Origin: Hemiscyllium ocellatum
Taxonomy: Eukaryota
Assembly (NCBI RefSeq): GCF_020745735.1
Contig: NC_083412.1
Coordinates: 70,398,320-70,462,319 of the forward strand
DNA: 64,000 nucleotides
Direction: 5' to 3'
The translations under genes and the position numbers were made by a program. Shown here in pieces: positions 1 to 12,294 of the stretch. The notes beneath the pieces are model-generated. The model worked only from the letters and a program-made list of their open reading frames with translations, had not been told where the DNA came from and ran no database searches. Each line of letters starts with the position of its first letter. Within the stretch, counting starts at the first letter, position 1.

Positions 1-173
1 CATGGCCAATTCACCTGAATTGCACATCTTTGAATTGTAGGAAGAAACCAGAGCACCCGGAGGAAATCCAAGCAGACACAGGGAGAATGTGCAAACTCCA
101 CACAGTCACCCAAGGCTGGAATCAAACCCGGGTCCCTGGCGCTGTGAGGCAGCAGTGCTAACCACTGAGCCAC
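1..173 (-). mobile_element. tRNA-derived SINE (HE1/V-SINE-like), truncated by window edge
   Basis: Reverse complement reads GTGGCTCAGTGGTTAGCACTGCTGCCTCACAGCGCCAGGGACCCGGGTTTGATTCC (A/B box head); homologous to 265-572. Confidence 0.85.
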
Positions 174-264
174 AAGTTAATTATAGTATTTTAAAATTAA
201 AGCGGCTCAACTGATGGCTTGAGGTAGCAATTTTAACTATTTGTTTATCTAAACATTCAATTGT

Positions 265-572
265 GGGCGGCACAGTGGCACAGTGGTTAGCACTGCTGCC
301 TCACAGCGCCTGAGACCCGGGTTCAATTCCCGACTCAGGCGACTGACTGTGTGGAGTTTGCACGTTCTCCCCGTGTCTGCGTGGGTTTCCTCCGGGTGCT
401 CCGGTTTCCTCCCACAGTCCAAGGATGTGCAGGTTAGGTGAATTGGCCATGCTAAATTGCCCGTAGTGTTAGGTAAGGGGTAAATGGAGGGGTATGGGTG
501 GGTTGTGCTTCGGCGGGTCGGTGTGGACTTGTTGGGCCGAAGGGCCTGTTTCCACACTGTAAGTAATCTAAT
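265..572 (+). mobile_element. Full-length tRNA-derived SINE (HE1-like)
   Basis: A box (TGGCACAGTGG), B box (GGTTCAATTCC), central conserved domain, CR1-like 3' tail (GGGCCGAAGGGCCTGTTTCC) ending in TAATCTAAT. Confidence 0.9.
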
Positions 573-789
573 GAATACAATATGCAAAAATTGTATTGCT
601 TATCCTACATACAACAACCATGGTACTAAGCTGCCACACACAACAACCTGACTCAATTACAAACCCAGTGACTCCCATAGTTACCATGACTATAGTTCCT
701 CATTCCTTGCCTCTGGTACAGAGACTATTCCAGTCTCTCTGTTTCTCCATTTCTGTTGTATCCATGAGTGTTTTTAACTATTATTTATA

Positions 790-1170
790 AGATTTATTGC
801 CCATCCCTGATTGCTTTCAAGTAGTTGGCTGTGAGTTGCCTTCTTCAACTGCCGGATTTAATGCTGTCAGGGAGGGATTCCAGAATTTTATCCTAATGGA
901 GAACTAACAATGACATTGTTCCAAGTCAGGATGGTGCAGGAACTTGCAAGTGGTGGTCTTCCCACGTATTTACTATGTGTCCTTCCAGCTGCTCCGGTTC
1001 ACAGGTTTGGAAGATGTTGTTGAAGAAGTCTTGAGTTTTTGTTGTGCATCTTGCAGATGGTTCATACTGACATTGCTGCAAGTGACAGTCAGTGGTACAG
1101 TATATGCTGAAGGTGTTGGGTGCCAACTGAGCAAGCTGCTTTGTCCTGAATGATATTAAGCTTGAGTGTT
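790..1170 (-). mobile_element. Old decayed LINE fragment (CR1/L2-like family)
   Basis: TTCCAAGTCAGGATGGTG...GGAACTTGCAAGTGGTG motif recurs at ~6470 and ~44757. Boundaries are approximate. Confidence 0.5.
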
Positions 1171-1189
1171 GTTAACCTCCGTTTAATCT

Positions 1190-2020
1190 CCGTTAACCTC
1201 AACCTCCTCTGCTCCAGTGAGAAAAGTCGCAATATTTCAAATCTACTTTTATATCTCAAACCCTCCATTCCTGATAACATCCTGGTAAATCTTTTCTGAA
1301 TCACCTCCAGTTTAATAATATTCTTCCTATAACAGGGTGAACAGACTTGAACAAAGTACTCCAGAAGAGACCTCACCATTGTCCTTTACAACCTCAGTAT
1401 GACACCTCAACTCCTGTACTCAAAGGTCTGAGTGATGAAGGCAAACATGCTAAACATCTTCTTGACCATTCTGTCTACCTGTGACACAAATTTCAAAGAA
1501 CTATGCACCTGAACCTCTAGGTCTCTCTGTTCTACACCATAACCTAGGGCCTTACTATTAATTGTATAAATCCTGCCTTTGTTTGTTTTACCAAAATGCA
1601 GTTTCTCAAATTTATCCAAATTGAGCTCTATATGCCACTCCTCAGCCGAGTGGCCCAATTGATCAAGATCTCTTTGTAATCTTAAATAACCTTCTTCACT
1701 ATCCACTATATCACCAACTTTGGTGCCATTTGCAAATTTACTAACCACTCTCATCCAAACATTTATATAAATGACAAACAAAAGTGGATCCAGTACTGAT
1801 CCCTTTCAAACACCGTTGGTCGTAGGTCTCTCATCTAAAAAACATGCTTCCACCATTACCCTCTATGTCCTACCATAAAGCCAATTGGCAAGCTCACCCT
1901 GAATCCCATATGATCAAACTTTACTAATTAGTCTACTTTGCAGAACCTTGTCAAAGGCTGCAAGTAAACAACAAGTACAGGACCAGTCTGCCCTCATCAA
2001 CCTTTTTAGTTACTTCAAAT
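1190..2020 (-). mobile_element. CR1 LINE ORF2 (RT) fragment
   Basis: ORFs 1407-1781 and 1089-1379 read VSKFANGTKVG..DSEEGYLRLQRDLDQL and KLEVIQKRFTRML, typical of CR1 RT/C-terminus. Confidence 0.9.
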
Positions 2021-3189
2021 TTCCCACATTGTTAGATAGATGCCAGTGTTGTTGCTTTACTGGGACAGCTTGACTAGAGGTGTAGCAAGTTCTGGAGCAC
2101 ATGTTCTCAGTACTACTGCCAGAATGTTGCCAAGGCTTATAGCCTTTACAGCAGCCATTGCCTTCACTCATCTCTTGATATCACGTAGAGTGAATCAAAA
2201 TGGCTCAAGACTGGCAACTGTGATGCTAAGGATCCAAAGAAACCATTACACTGTGGAAACCAAATGAAGACTGAGTGTCTCCTTTGTGGAATATCCACAT
2301 TCAGACCATATGCATAACTGCAAGCTTCCAGAAGTATCTTAATTTAATTCTTCACACACTCCTACTCTGACCCCATTGTTCTCGGTCTCCTCTACCATTC
2401 CACTGAAGTTCAACATAAGTTTGAGGAACAGCATAATCAATGTAACGGACCAAAACTGTCCTGAAGATAAACTTCCAAATCTCCTTGAAATGCATTATTT
2501 TCATATTGTCAAATATTTATTTAATCTTAAAATGAGCACCTCCTTTAGAGGAAATCTCATTTCTATTAATTTTAAAAATTAATGTGATGTGGGTGTTGCT
2601 GGCTAATTATTTTGGAAGTGAATTGCTTGCTTTGCCATTTCAGAGGACAGTTAAGAGTCAACAATACTGATGCAGGTCTGAAGTCACACGTAGGCCAGAT
2701 GGGGTAGATAACAGATTTCCTTCTCTTAAGGACATTAGTGAATCAGATGTCTTTTTTTACAGCAGCATTTCAGCATCTGCCCCAATAGGATTCAAACCCA
2801 AGGCCCTGGGGTCCTGGATAACCAGTCCAGTGACATTACATCATACAACCACCTCCCCCCTCAAAGCTTAGGTAGGTTTACAGATTTCAGTATTTCCTCC
2901 ATCCATTTGAATGATGTGTTTAAAGTTTAAAATTTAAAACAAGTTATTTGGAAACTGTTTTCATGCAATTTCTGCAAAAAATTCTTTGTTTTCATTCAAC
3001 TAAATATAGATAAAAATTTAGTCAGCTTGTTATTAAACTATGATACCTAGAATTAAGTGAGCATTGATCACTGGATTGAAGTCATTTGGTTCTGACAGCA
3101 GTACTCTTATGAAATAAACAGCTAGTGATTCATAAATTTTTTTAAAATCAAAATTTCAAAACCATTTAATTCAATAATAAAAGCACTGA

Positions 3190-4536
3190 GAGTTCAGCCA
3201 CGTGGTGTCTCAGGGAGAAAAGTGAGGTTGGATGACCTCTACTTTAATGCCAGCAGTATAGAAGTGAGATAGATGAGTTAAGGGCATGGACTGACAAATG
3301 GACTGTGATGTTGTGGTCATCACAAAGAGGGAGGGACATGACTGTTAACATTCCAGTCTATAGAATCTTCAAGCAGGACAAGGAGAGGGTGTGAAAGTGG
3401 AGGTGGTGTAACATTATTAGCTACTAGTCAGTTACTACCATAAGGTGGTACAATATCTTGGAAGAGTCATCAAATGGGGCTTTGTTGGTAAACACAGAAA
3501 TAAAAAGGGGGCAGTAATATTGTTAGAAGTGTATTATACACACCCAGTCACTAGTTAATTCACTAAGATGCATAAAAACAATTCAAAACAATACTGAGGA
3601 AAGTAATGAGCTAACATATCAATTTGTGGTTGAAATGTAGGAACCAGGCATCCACAGAAGGAATAGGAATTTCCAAGAAATAAAAAGGAAAAGAAACATG
3701 TATGTCAGGTCCAAAGTGAGCAAACTAACTTGAGATCCTAAATGAGCATAAAAAGTGCAAGGGAGTACTCAAGGAAACAATTAAAACAGATGCGGGCAAG
3801 ATTAGGGAAAATCCCAAGATATTCTACAAATATATCAAGGGGAAGAGAACAGCCAGGGAAAAAGTAAGGTTTATTAGGGACTATGGGGTCAATCTGTGTT
3901 TTCAGCCAAAAGATATTGGAAAAGTGTTAAATGAGTATTTCACATGTCTTTTCCTGGGAACGGGAGGATGCAAGTACAGAATTCAAGATGGATTGCAAGG
4001 TTTTTCAACAAATTAATATAAGAAGCAAAAAGGTATTGAAGGTTGTGGCAGATTTAAAAATGGACAAATACTCTGGTCCAGATGAACTGAGACAAGGGAA
4101 GAAATTACTGGGGCCCTGACCCAAATTTCCAAATCATCTCTGGCCACGAAGGAGGTGTCAGAGGACTGGAAGATAAGAAGGGTGGTAGAGATAGAAAAGG
4201 GAACTAAAACCCGTGGTAGGGAAACTATTGGAGAAAATGGACAAAGAAAAAATTAATCTCCTTGCAGAGAGGCAAGGTTTGATCAGTGATGGCCAGCATA
4301 ATTTTGTCAGAAAGACCCATGACTAACAAATATACTGGAATTTTTTGAGGAGGTCACTAAGTATTTGGATTAAGTTGGGGCAGTTGATATAGGTTATATG
4401 GATTCCAGCAAGGTATTTGACACGATCCCACATGGGAAACAGAAGGTATAAGCTCATGGGATCCAGGTTAACCTGGTATGGTAGATCCAAAATTGGCTGA
4501 CGCTTGCTATACAGTGGTGTATCACAGGAATCAATG

Positions 4537-4575
<39 letters not shown>

Positions 4576-5065
4576 CACATGTTGCAAGGATTGTGGAGCT
4601 GGGGAATGATAAGTAGGTTCACATAGAACTCAGGTGGTTGACAGCAGGAAGAATGATAAACAGATTGATCTGATGGACATTAACCCTGATAAATGCCTTT
4701 GGAAGAACCATCAAGATAAGGGAATGTTCAATGAAATGGCAAGACACAAAGAAGTTCAGAAGAATAGAGGGATCTTGGGGTGCTTGTCTACAGATTTCTG
4801 AAGGTGTCAGGACAGGTTAATAGAGTAGTTAAGAAAGCACACCTTTATCAATTACCGCATAGATCAAAAATGAAGGGAGATCGTGTTAGAGCTGAACTTA
4901 ATACTCCGGCTGTGGCCGAACCAGTGTGTAGTTCTGGTCACCCACTACAGGAAGCATGCGATTAGACTGGAGAGGATGTAAAGGAGATTCACCAAGGTGT
5001 GCCTGGGATAGAGCACTTCAACTAATGAGAAAGGCTGGATAAGCTTGGCTTGTTTTCTTTGGATT
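3190..5065 (+). mobile_element. Decayed CR1 LINE ORF2
   Basis: Remnants of KENPK.FYKYI, LNEYF, DKSPGPD and YMDFSKAFD motifs; homologous to 33790-35985. Confidence 0.8.
4539..4572. repeat. (GT)17 microsatellite
   Basis: Seen directly in the sequence. Confidence 0.95.
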
Positions 5066-5678
5066 CAGCAAACTTAAGTGATGTTGAATTTGCATATAAG
5101 ATGCAAGAAAAATGACACATGCTAATATTGATTGATGTCAGAGTTTGTCTTCTTTTGAAACACAAAGAAACTAACTCCAAAGCAGCTTATTTTTAAACTA
5201 ATTCTGTTTAATTCAATAGCTTTGGAAGCAATAGCTTGGAAGCACTCTATTTTAAGGATTTCCAAGTGTTTAATTATCAGTAAAGCAAGTTTAAAAAGGC
5301 ATAAAAACAACCGCAATCTCAATGTTAATGCCTGTGCTTGACATGGAATTAAATGTCCTGTGGATATATACAGTACAAAGTAGATTTTGATAGGGCAGCA
5401 TGACATTAATAGAACATTCAAAAGGATGCAGTTAAAACTGATTTTCCACAGGAGCCAAATCAACAAATGACTGCTCGGGAGACGATGAGAAATATAATTT
5501 CTTTTGATGTGTTTGTGAACAAGTGCATTATACTGCTAGTTGGTATTCTTTCCAAGCTTTAATCTGGGTTTTCAGTATTATTTCATTATTTCTTCCATCT
5601 AAACCGAAGAGTAGCTTAAATATGTCTTGTTCCATATAATGCTTAGAACATTACTTTTTAAAAATTATTAAAACATAC

Positions 5679-5734
5679 CGTCCCATATTCTTCATGCGCA
5701 TTTTTGCTTCAGGAGGCATTTCCTCTGGTTCACT
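5679..5734 (-). CDS. PCNP: PCNP coding exon 4 (SEPEEMPPEAKMRMKNMGR)
   Basis: 56 nt, TTGCAG acceptor and GTATGT donor; peptide matches the conserved PCNP motif SEPEEMPPEAKMRMKNIGR. Confidence 0.95.
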
Positions 5735-5774
5735 CTGCAAGTAGAAATAAAGGATTCAGTTAACCACCAATCAA

Positions 5775-5985
5775 CGTTTTTGTAGAGTTAACATTTTGTG
5801 TCCAGTGACCCTTCCTCTGAACTGATACTGACTAGGTAGAGAATGTATATATGATGAAGACAGGTTTGGGAGGAAAGGAGTGGGGTAATGGGATGAGTGG
5901 ATAGGTAGAGCCCAGAGAGAAAGAACAACAGTTAGGCAGACAAAGGGATGCATAACAGTATTCCAGGGAGAAAGAAAAGCTGATA
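5775..5985 (-). mobile_element. Decayed Penelope-like terminal fragment with degenerate hammerhead motif
   Basis: Reverse complement CAGAGGAAGGGTCACTGGACACAAAATGTTAAC resembles CUGANGA-stem-GAAACGUU, followed by a purine-rich tract like 30830-30960. Confidence 0.55.
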
Positions 5986-6170
5986 ATATTTTATTTCATT
6001 TAGTTTGGTTTTGAAAGACATATAAGATAAATCACAAGTACCCAGGCCCACGGGTATTAGTTAACTTACCCTAAACACTGGCAATCAGAACTATTATTCA
6101 CAGTCAAATATGCACTTTTTGACAATGCTCATCCATTTTTAAAAGGACATGGTAACAGCAAACTTTCTAG

Positions 6171-6316
6171 ATTCTGGCTTGGTGGTGCTGGAAGAGCACA
6201 GCAGTTCAGGCAGCATCCAAGGGGCAGCTCCTTGGATGCTGCCTGAACTGCTGTGCTCTTCCAGCACCACTAATCCAGAATCTGGTTTCCAGCATCTGCA
6301 GTCATTGTTTTTACTT
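6171..6316 (-). mobile_element. PLE-derived fold-back element with 14-bp TSD
   Basis: Inverted arms 6169-6222 / 6230-6283; flanking direct repeats AGCAAACTTTCTAG (6157-6170) and AGCTAACTTTCTAG (6317-6330). Confidence 0.8.
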
Positions 6317-6779
6317 AGCTAACTTTCTAGTACAGCCAGGAAACATAATCAGCTCCTAGTCAAAAGCATAAACTGACCATTGCCATTCTTGAGAACTTCA
6401 CAGCAACCAGACTTCAAAACCACTGCAAGTCAGCTGGTAAAGATTTTGAACCAGCAACTCTGATAATTTCCAAGTCAGAATGGTGTGCTGTTTGGAGGGG
6501 AACTTGCAGGTGGTGATGCTCTGGCCCATTTGTTGTTTTTCAAATGGTAGGATTAAAGGCATGGAAGATGATACTTTATTGTTGAATGCATCGTGCAGAT
6601 GTCCACAGTGCTGCCACTGTGTGCTGGTGAAGGCAATGAGGGTTTAAGGTGGTGGATGGCATGTTGATCAAGCCGTTCTTCAATATTAGATAATATCAAG
6701 CAGAGTGTTGTTGGAATTGTACACAATAAAACAAGTAATGGATCAGGGGAAAGGTTTCTGCTAGTTGAAGTTATACATA

Positions 6780-7450
6780 GCATGAAGGAAGGTAGTTGTG
6801 GGTTTTGGAGGTCAATCATATCAACTCCAGGACATCCATACAGGAGCTTGTCAGGGTACTGTTCTTGGCTTAATGATCTTCAGCCAATTCATTCGGGACT
6901 TTTCCTCCAACTTGAGGGTAGAAGTGATGACATTCACTGATAATTGCATAATGTTCATAACCATTTCCAACTCCCGAGATATTTGTGCCACACAGTGTGA
7001 ATCAATGATCATCTCCGACCATAAAAAAACTAATCATCATGCTTTGACATTCAATGGTGTTACTAATGCTGAATGCCGCAACCGCCAACATCCTGGCAGT
7101 TACCACTAACCAGAAAAATACTGTGATTACAAACATAAGTCAGAGGCTATGAATCCTGCAGCTAGTAACTTATCTCCAGGTTCCCCAAAACCTATCCACC
7201 ATACACAAGTCAGGACAACTCACCAATGCTCTTTAGACAGTGCCTTCCAAATCGAGAACCACTGGAAGGGTTACAGATATACTGCCCTCTAAGCCACTCA
7301 CCGCCCTGATACGGACATAAATCTCCACACCTTTAGTGTCACCAGGTCAAACTCTGAGAACAAATTCTATGGCAGCACTCTGGATGTACCCACAGCAAAT
7401 GAACAGGAGAAAATCAAGAAGGCAACTCACTGCCACCTTCTCAAGAACAA
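6780..7450 (+). mobile_element. Old LINE RT fragment
   Basis: ORF 6798-7109 GACQGTVLGLMIFSQFIRDF..MTFTDN is a decayed GVPQGSVLGP..FINDL..FADD. Confidence 0.65.
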
Positions 7451-7474
7451 CATATGGTGAAGATTGTGACACCA

Positions 7475-7870
7475 AGGTGATTCAGTGGTTAGCGCTATTG
7501 CCCCACAGTGCCAGGGATCTGGGTTCAATTCCAACCTTGGACAACTCTGTACACAGTTGGCATATTCTTCCTGTGTTTGCGTGGGAAGGGTTTGGAGGGA
7601 TATGGGCCAGGTGCTAGCAGGTGGAACTAGATTGGGTTGGGATATCTGGTTGGCATGACAAGTTGGACTATCTGTGAGCTGTAAATCTCGATGACTCTAT
7701 GTGTAGGTTAAGTGGACTCGTCATGCTAAATTTTCCATAGAGTCCAGAAATGTGCAGACCAGGTATGTTAGCCTTGCAAAATCGAGTGGAGAATCTAGGT
7801 AGAATGCTCTTCGGAGGGTCATTGTGGGCCCTTTGGTCTGCCTCCACACTGTAGGGATTCTACGATTAGG
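7475..7870 (+). mobile_element. SINE interrupted by a CR1 3' tail
   Basis: SINE head at 7475-7583, CR1 tail ~7584-7700 ending ATGACTCTAT, SINE body resumes ~7701-7870. Confidence 0.7.
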
Positions 7871-8724
7871 TGGATGATCTGAACCAGTTTAGCAAAGATC
7901 AGTCTTAGTGGTTGCAATGGGGTGCTTGTGTTTTAAAGATGGTGGAAAGGCTTTGGGCAATAGGTGAGTGAAGCACACGAGTAACCTAAGCACTGATCTG
8001 TTGCTGCTCCAGTTAAATGTCCGGTTAGTGGGAAGACACAGGTCGTCAATGTGGGAAATTCAGCAACAATAAGTAACTGTTAAATGTCCAAAGGTGATAG
8101 TTAAATCTCTCACATCGGAAACAGTCATTACCAGGCAGCTGTGTGGCACAAATGGTTTTTGCCACACATCAAAAAAATGCTTGAATGTTATTCAGGCTTT
8201 TCTTTATGCAGGTAAAGATTATTTCAATACGTAGCTGAAAAGTTGTCTATCATATTGAACACAGTGCAATTATTACCATTTTTGACGATATGATGCAGGA
8301 AAGTCATCAATGACGCAATCGAAGATGGTTGGCTGATAGGAACTCTTGCCATGATGCCCTACGGATATGTTGATTAGCATGCAACAATCACAGTCATTAT
8401 CCTTTCTGCAGACTAATTGCCACTGACTTCAACATTGCTAGTTTTCCCTGAGCCCACACTCAATCAAACGCTTTGACATAAGGGCAGTCATGCTTATCCC
8501 ACCTCTATATCCACATCTGCAACAAGGCTGTGATGAGATATGCAGCCAAATGACTTTTTTCAAAACTGAAAATGAGTATCAGTCAGCAGATTATTGCAGA
8601 GCAAGTTGCTGTTTGACAGCAATGAATTTCAGCAATAAACATTGAGTGGATAATCCATTTAGGAACCCAACATATTTTCACCATTCCGGGATCAACAGTA
8701 AACCCTGGGGCTTGCAATTGGCAA

Positions 8725-9075
8725 TAGAATCCCTACAATGTGGAAGCAGGCCATTTGGTCCCTCAAATCTATACATTCTGAACAGCATCCCACTCAGACC
8801 CACTCCCCTACTACTCTATTCCCCCCTAGACCTGCATCTCCCATAACTAATCCATCGAGCTGACACATTCCTAGACACTATGGGCAATTTAGCATTGCCA
8901 ATGCATATGAACCACACATCTTTGGATTGGGGGGGGAAACCGGAGCACCAGAGGAAACCCATGCTGACAAAGGGAGAACATGTAAACTACACACAAACAG
9001 TCACATGGCTGTGACTGAGCCCAGGTCTCTGGCATGTTGAGGCAGCAGTGCTAACTACTGGGCCACGGTGCTGCC
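8725..9075 (-). mobile_element. tRNA-derived SINE
   Basis: Reverse complement of the head (GGCAGCAGTGCTAACTACTGGGCCACGGTGCTGCC) at the right end. Confidence 0.85.
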
Positions 9076-11035
9076 CTGTCAAGACCACATTGAATTTGTC
9101 CCGCATTTTGTGGACAGGACAAACTAGGTAGATGTCAAAGTTATGAGTATCGGGACAAGTTAGCTAACGGCTAACTATTGGTACAGAGAGTCAATAACTT
9201 CTGTTATATCCAGTGCCTTTTGAATTTTTTGTATACCACCAAGTGATTCCAAGACATCGGAATTGTCCTAAATAGATCATTCACTCGAAATTTCTGGTTG
9301 AATGTGTTTGCAAATGCTTTATTCAAGTTTACAAATTGATGTGCTAGGCACTCCATCACTGAGGATGGGAATGTTTGTGAAGCATGCGCCTGCAGTAACC
9401 TATCCACTACAATTCACAACTGGTGGCCGCCATGAAGAAGTTTGGCTACTTTTCTTTGTCTATTGCATGTTGCTTTTGATCACACATTTATGCTTATGAT
9501 GCAGTTTCATCAGGCCAGCAATTCATTCCTAGGTAGCTTGCTGCTGCACCTTACATGCTGTGCTCAGCCCTCATTAAACATAAGTTGATCACTTGGCTTG
9601 ATGAGAATAATAAATGAAAAATATGCCAGGACAATGGGGTTCTAGATTGTGGTTGAATACAACTATTACAGCTACAGTCCAGACCATCTCATGGCTATTC
9701 AGTAGTAAATTGTGAGACCTGCCTTGAAACTACCCAACTTAGTATGATGATAGTACCACACAATACAATACTAGGCATCCTCAGTGCGAAGCAGGTCCTT
9801 TTCCACAAGGGTTGCCCATTCTTACCAACATCATCATGAACAGATACATAGCATCTGGTGATAGGTAGACTGGGGAAGATGAGGTCAAGTATTCCCTCCC
9901 CCCCCCCGCCGAGGTTCTCTCAACATCTGACAGAAGCCTGGTCAAGCAGATAGGTCCTTCAGAACTGACCATTTCATAATCGATTTTAGTGTAATTGAGA
10001 CACTCTTGGTACTTTTGATCTGACTCCCAGATTATATTCTCTTATTGCTTTTGTTAATGACAGTGCTTCTTCTAAGTGGTGTGCTATGTGAAGAAATGCA
10101 AAGTCAGCATCTACTGGATGGTGGAAAATTGTAATCAGCACAAAGTTTTCTTGCTCATGTTTGTCCAAAGGATTCCATGAAGTCTCAGGGCAACACTAAA
10201 GATTCAGACAGCCTTTCCTTTGGGTTTACCATTGTGCCCCCACCTCTGGTGGGGATAATGATGGAGAAACCTGGAACATTTAATGAAAGGAATGGATCAA
10301 TAAATGACATTGGATCATTGTTTGATTCATTTGTGGGGCAGCCCTCCAATTCTGCAGAAGAATCTGGATAGGGTGAACCCTTAGTTGCTTCCAATGCCTA
10401 TGCCAAGACCACCTGGTGTGACAGTTTTATTTCTTTTGACTTTGGTGGAGATGTGTGATACAACTGAATGTCATGTCCAGTCATGTGACCTGTTCTGCTA
10501 TAACACGGTAGTTGCATTCTCGTGTGACCTTGTGCTATAGAAAATCACGCAACAGAAATAGCAGGGCCTATGGGAAAAACAGGGCTGGGGCGAATCACCA
10601 ACATCAGTAAAAATCGAAACAAAAACAGTAGTTGGCCAAACACAAGCAAAAGCACAGTCTAAGTAAATGTTAAAATCTTATATTTTAATGAAATTATACA
10701 ATAAAGTTAACACTTTAAGGGGTTTCTAAGTTTGCTGAGTTATGACTGCAAACGACAGGGACTGAGGGTCATCACTTTCAGGTGCAGTTCTGGATGCAGG
10801 GCTACAACGAAAGAAAGTATTGAGTTCAGCAGTGGATGACTGTGGTTCATTGTTCTCAGACTGTTTCTTGGGGGTTGGCTTAAAAAAGGCATTCAGGTTT
10901 TATATATCATCCTTCTTCTTTCATGAAGAAGCTGTTCATTGGATGCCAGATAAGACTTTATGCCACAAAGTATTATCCTGCTGCATTCTGCACTATAGTC
11001 ATTGCTTTCTAAGAGCTGCAACTATTTCTCAACTT

Positions 11036-11341
11036 GATTAGATTCCTCTCCAGTAGAAATAGGCGCTTCAGCTCAACATCCTCACACTGAGCCTCTAAAG
11101 AGCAACCCACCCAGACCCATTTGCCTCTGACTAATGCACCTAACACTACGGGTAATTTAGCATGGCCAATACACTGACCTGCGCATCTTTCGACTGTGGG
11201 AGGAAACCGGAGCACCCGGAGGAAACCCATACAGACATGGGGGAACGTGCAAACTCCACACAGACAGTCATCCAAGGCTGGAATTGAACCTGGGTCGCTG
11301 GCGCTGTGAGGCAGCAGTGCTAACCACTGAGCCGCCGTGCC
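11036..11341 (-). mobile_element. Full-length HE1-like SINE inserted in the Tigger element
   Basis: Reverse complement of 265-572-type sequence. Confidence 0.9.
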
Positions 11342-12133
11342 TCCCTTTTTAAAAAAAAATCTGTGGAACAAATTTCACCTCAACTCCCCTCTTAACTTTC
11401 TACCCTCACCTTCAATCTATGCTTCCGATTATTGACTCTTCTTGATTAGATTACTTCCCTCAGGACAGAAGACAAAACAGAAGTGGCAAGTGCTTGTAGT
11501 GCTACATCCTGGACTTCACAATCTTCATCACGAGCTTCAATTTCCCCCACAGAAACAAGTTTTGTGGATCAGTTTCCGCTTCTTCAAATCCAATGTGTTT
11601 TGCAAGAGTGACACAATGTTCTTTGATTGCTGGAAGCTCCTCTGACGACTCAATGCATTTAAAGTCATGAACAAAATCTGGGAGAAGCTTCTGCCAAACT
11701 GCATGCAAGCAGTCCTTATTGATATCACCCCAGGCTTCCACAATGATGCCAATAGCATTCTTAATGTTAAAGATCTTCCAAAATTGAAGAACACTGTCTT
11801 CATTATCCCCCTCAGTAGCTGCAATCAGCTTTCTGAATGTGCATCTTAAATAATACGCTTCAAAACCTGCCATTGCACCCTGGTCCAGGGATTGAGTGAG
11901 ATGGTTGCATTCGGAAGCAGAAATTGCATTTTGGTGTTTTCAGAAAACTCATCGATGGAAGGACATCTTGGTGCATTGTCCAGACTGAGGATAATCTTGA
12001 GATCCAAATCTTTTCTCCTACAATAATTTCTAAATACATCCTCAAAGACATCAACGATCAGGTCAGAAATAAATTGCCCCATGTTCCAACCTCTTTGTTT
12101 GACCTGAAGTAGTCACCTAGAGTGGATCAATGA

Positions 12134-12294
12134 GGAGAAAGTGAGGAGTGCTGTTGCTGGAAATCAGAGTCGAGTGTGCGGTGCTGGAAAAGCACGGCAT
12201 CCTGATGAAGGGCTTTTGCCCAAAACATTGATTCTCCTGCTCCTCAGATGCAGCCTGACCCACTGTGCTTTTTCAGTACCACACTCTCAACTCT
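12134..12294. mobile_element. PLE-derived partial fold-back element with decayed hammerhead motif
   Basis: GAGAAAGTGAGG..GCTGGAAAAGCAC followed by its inverted copy; CCTGATGAAGGGCTTTTGCCCAAAACATTG at 12201-12230. Confidence 0.75.

Noticed and set aside
265-335. tRNA-like A/B boxes
   Set aside because: SINE heads continuing into the SINE body; not tRNA genes.
249-587. 112-aa ORF, and similar ORFs at 11009-11371 and 24944-25186
   Set aside because: Translations of SINE sequence.
1-5600. PCNP last coding exon (DTPTSAGPNSF...)
   Set aside because: Not found by eye; presumably lies beyond the window start.
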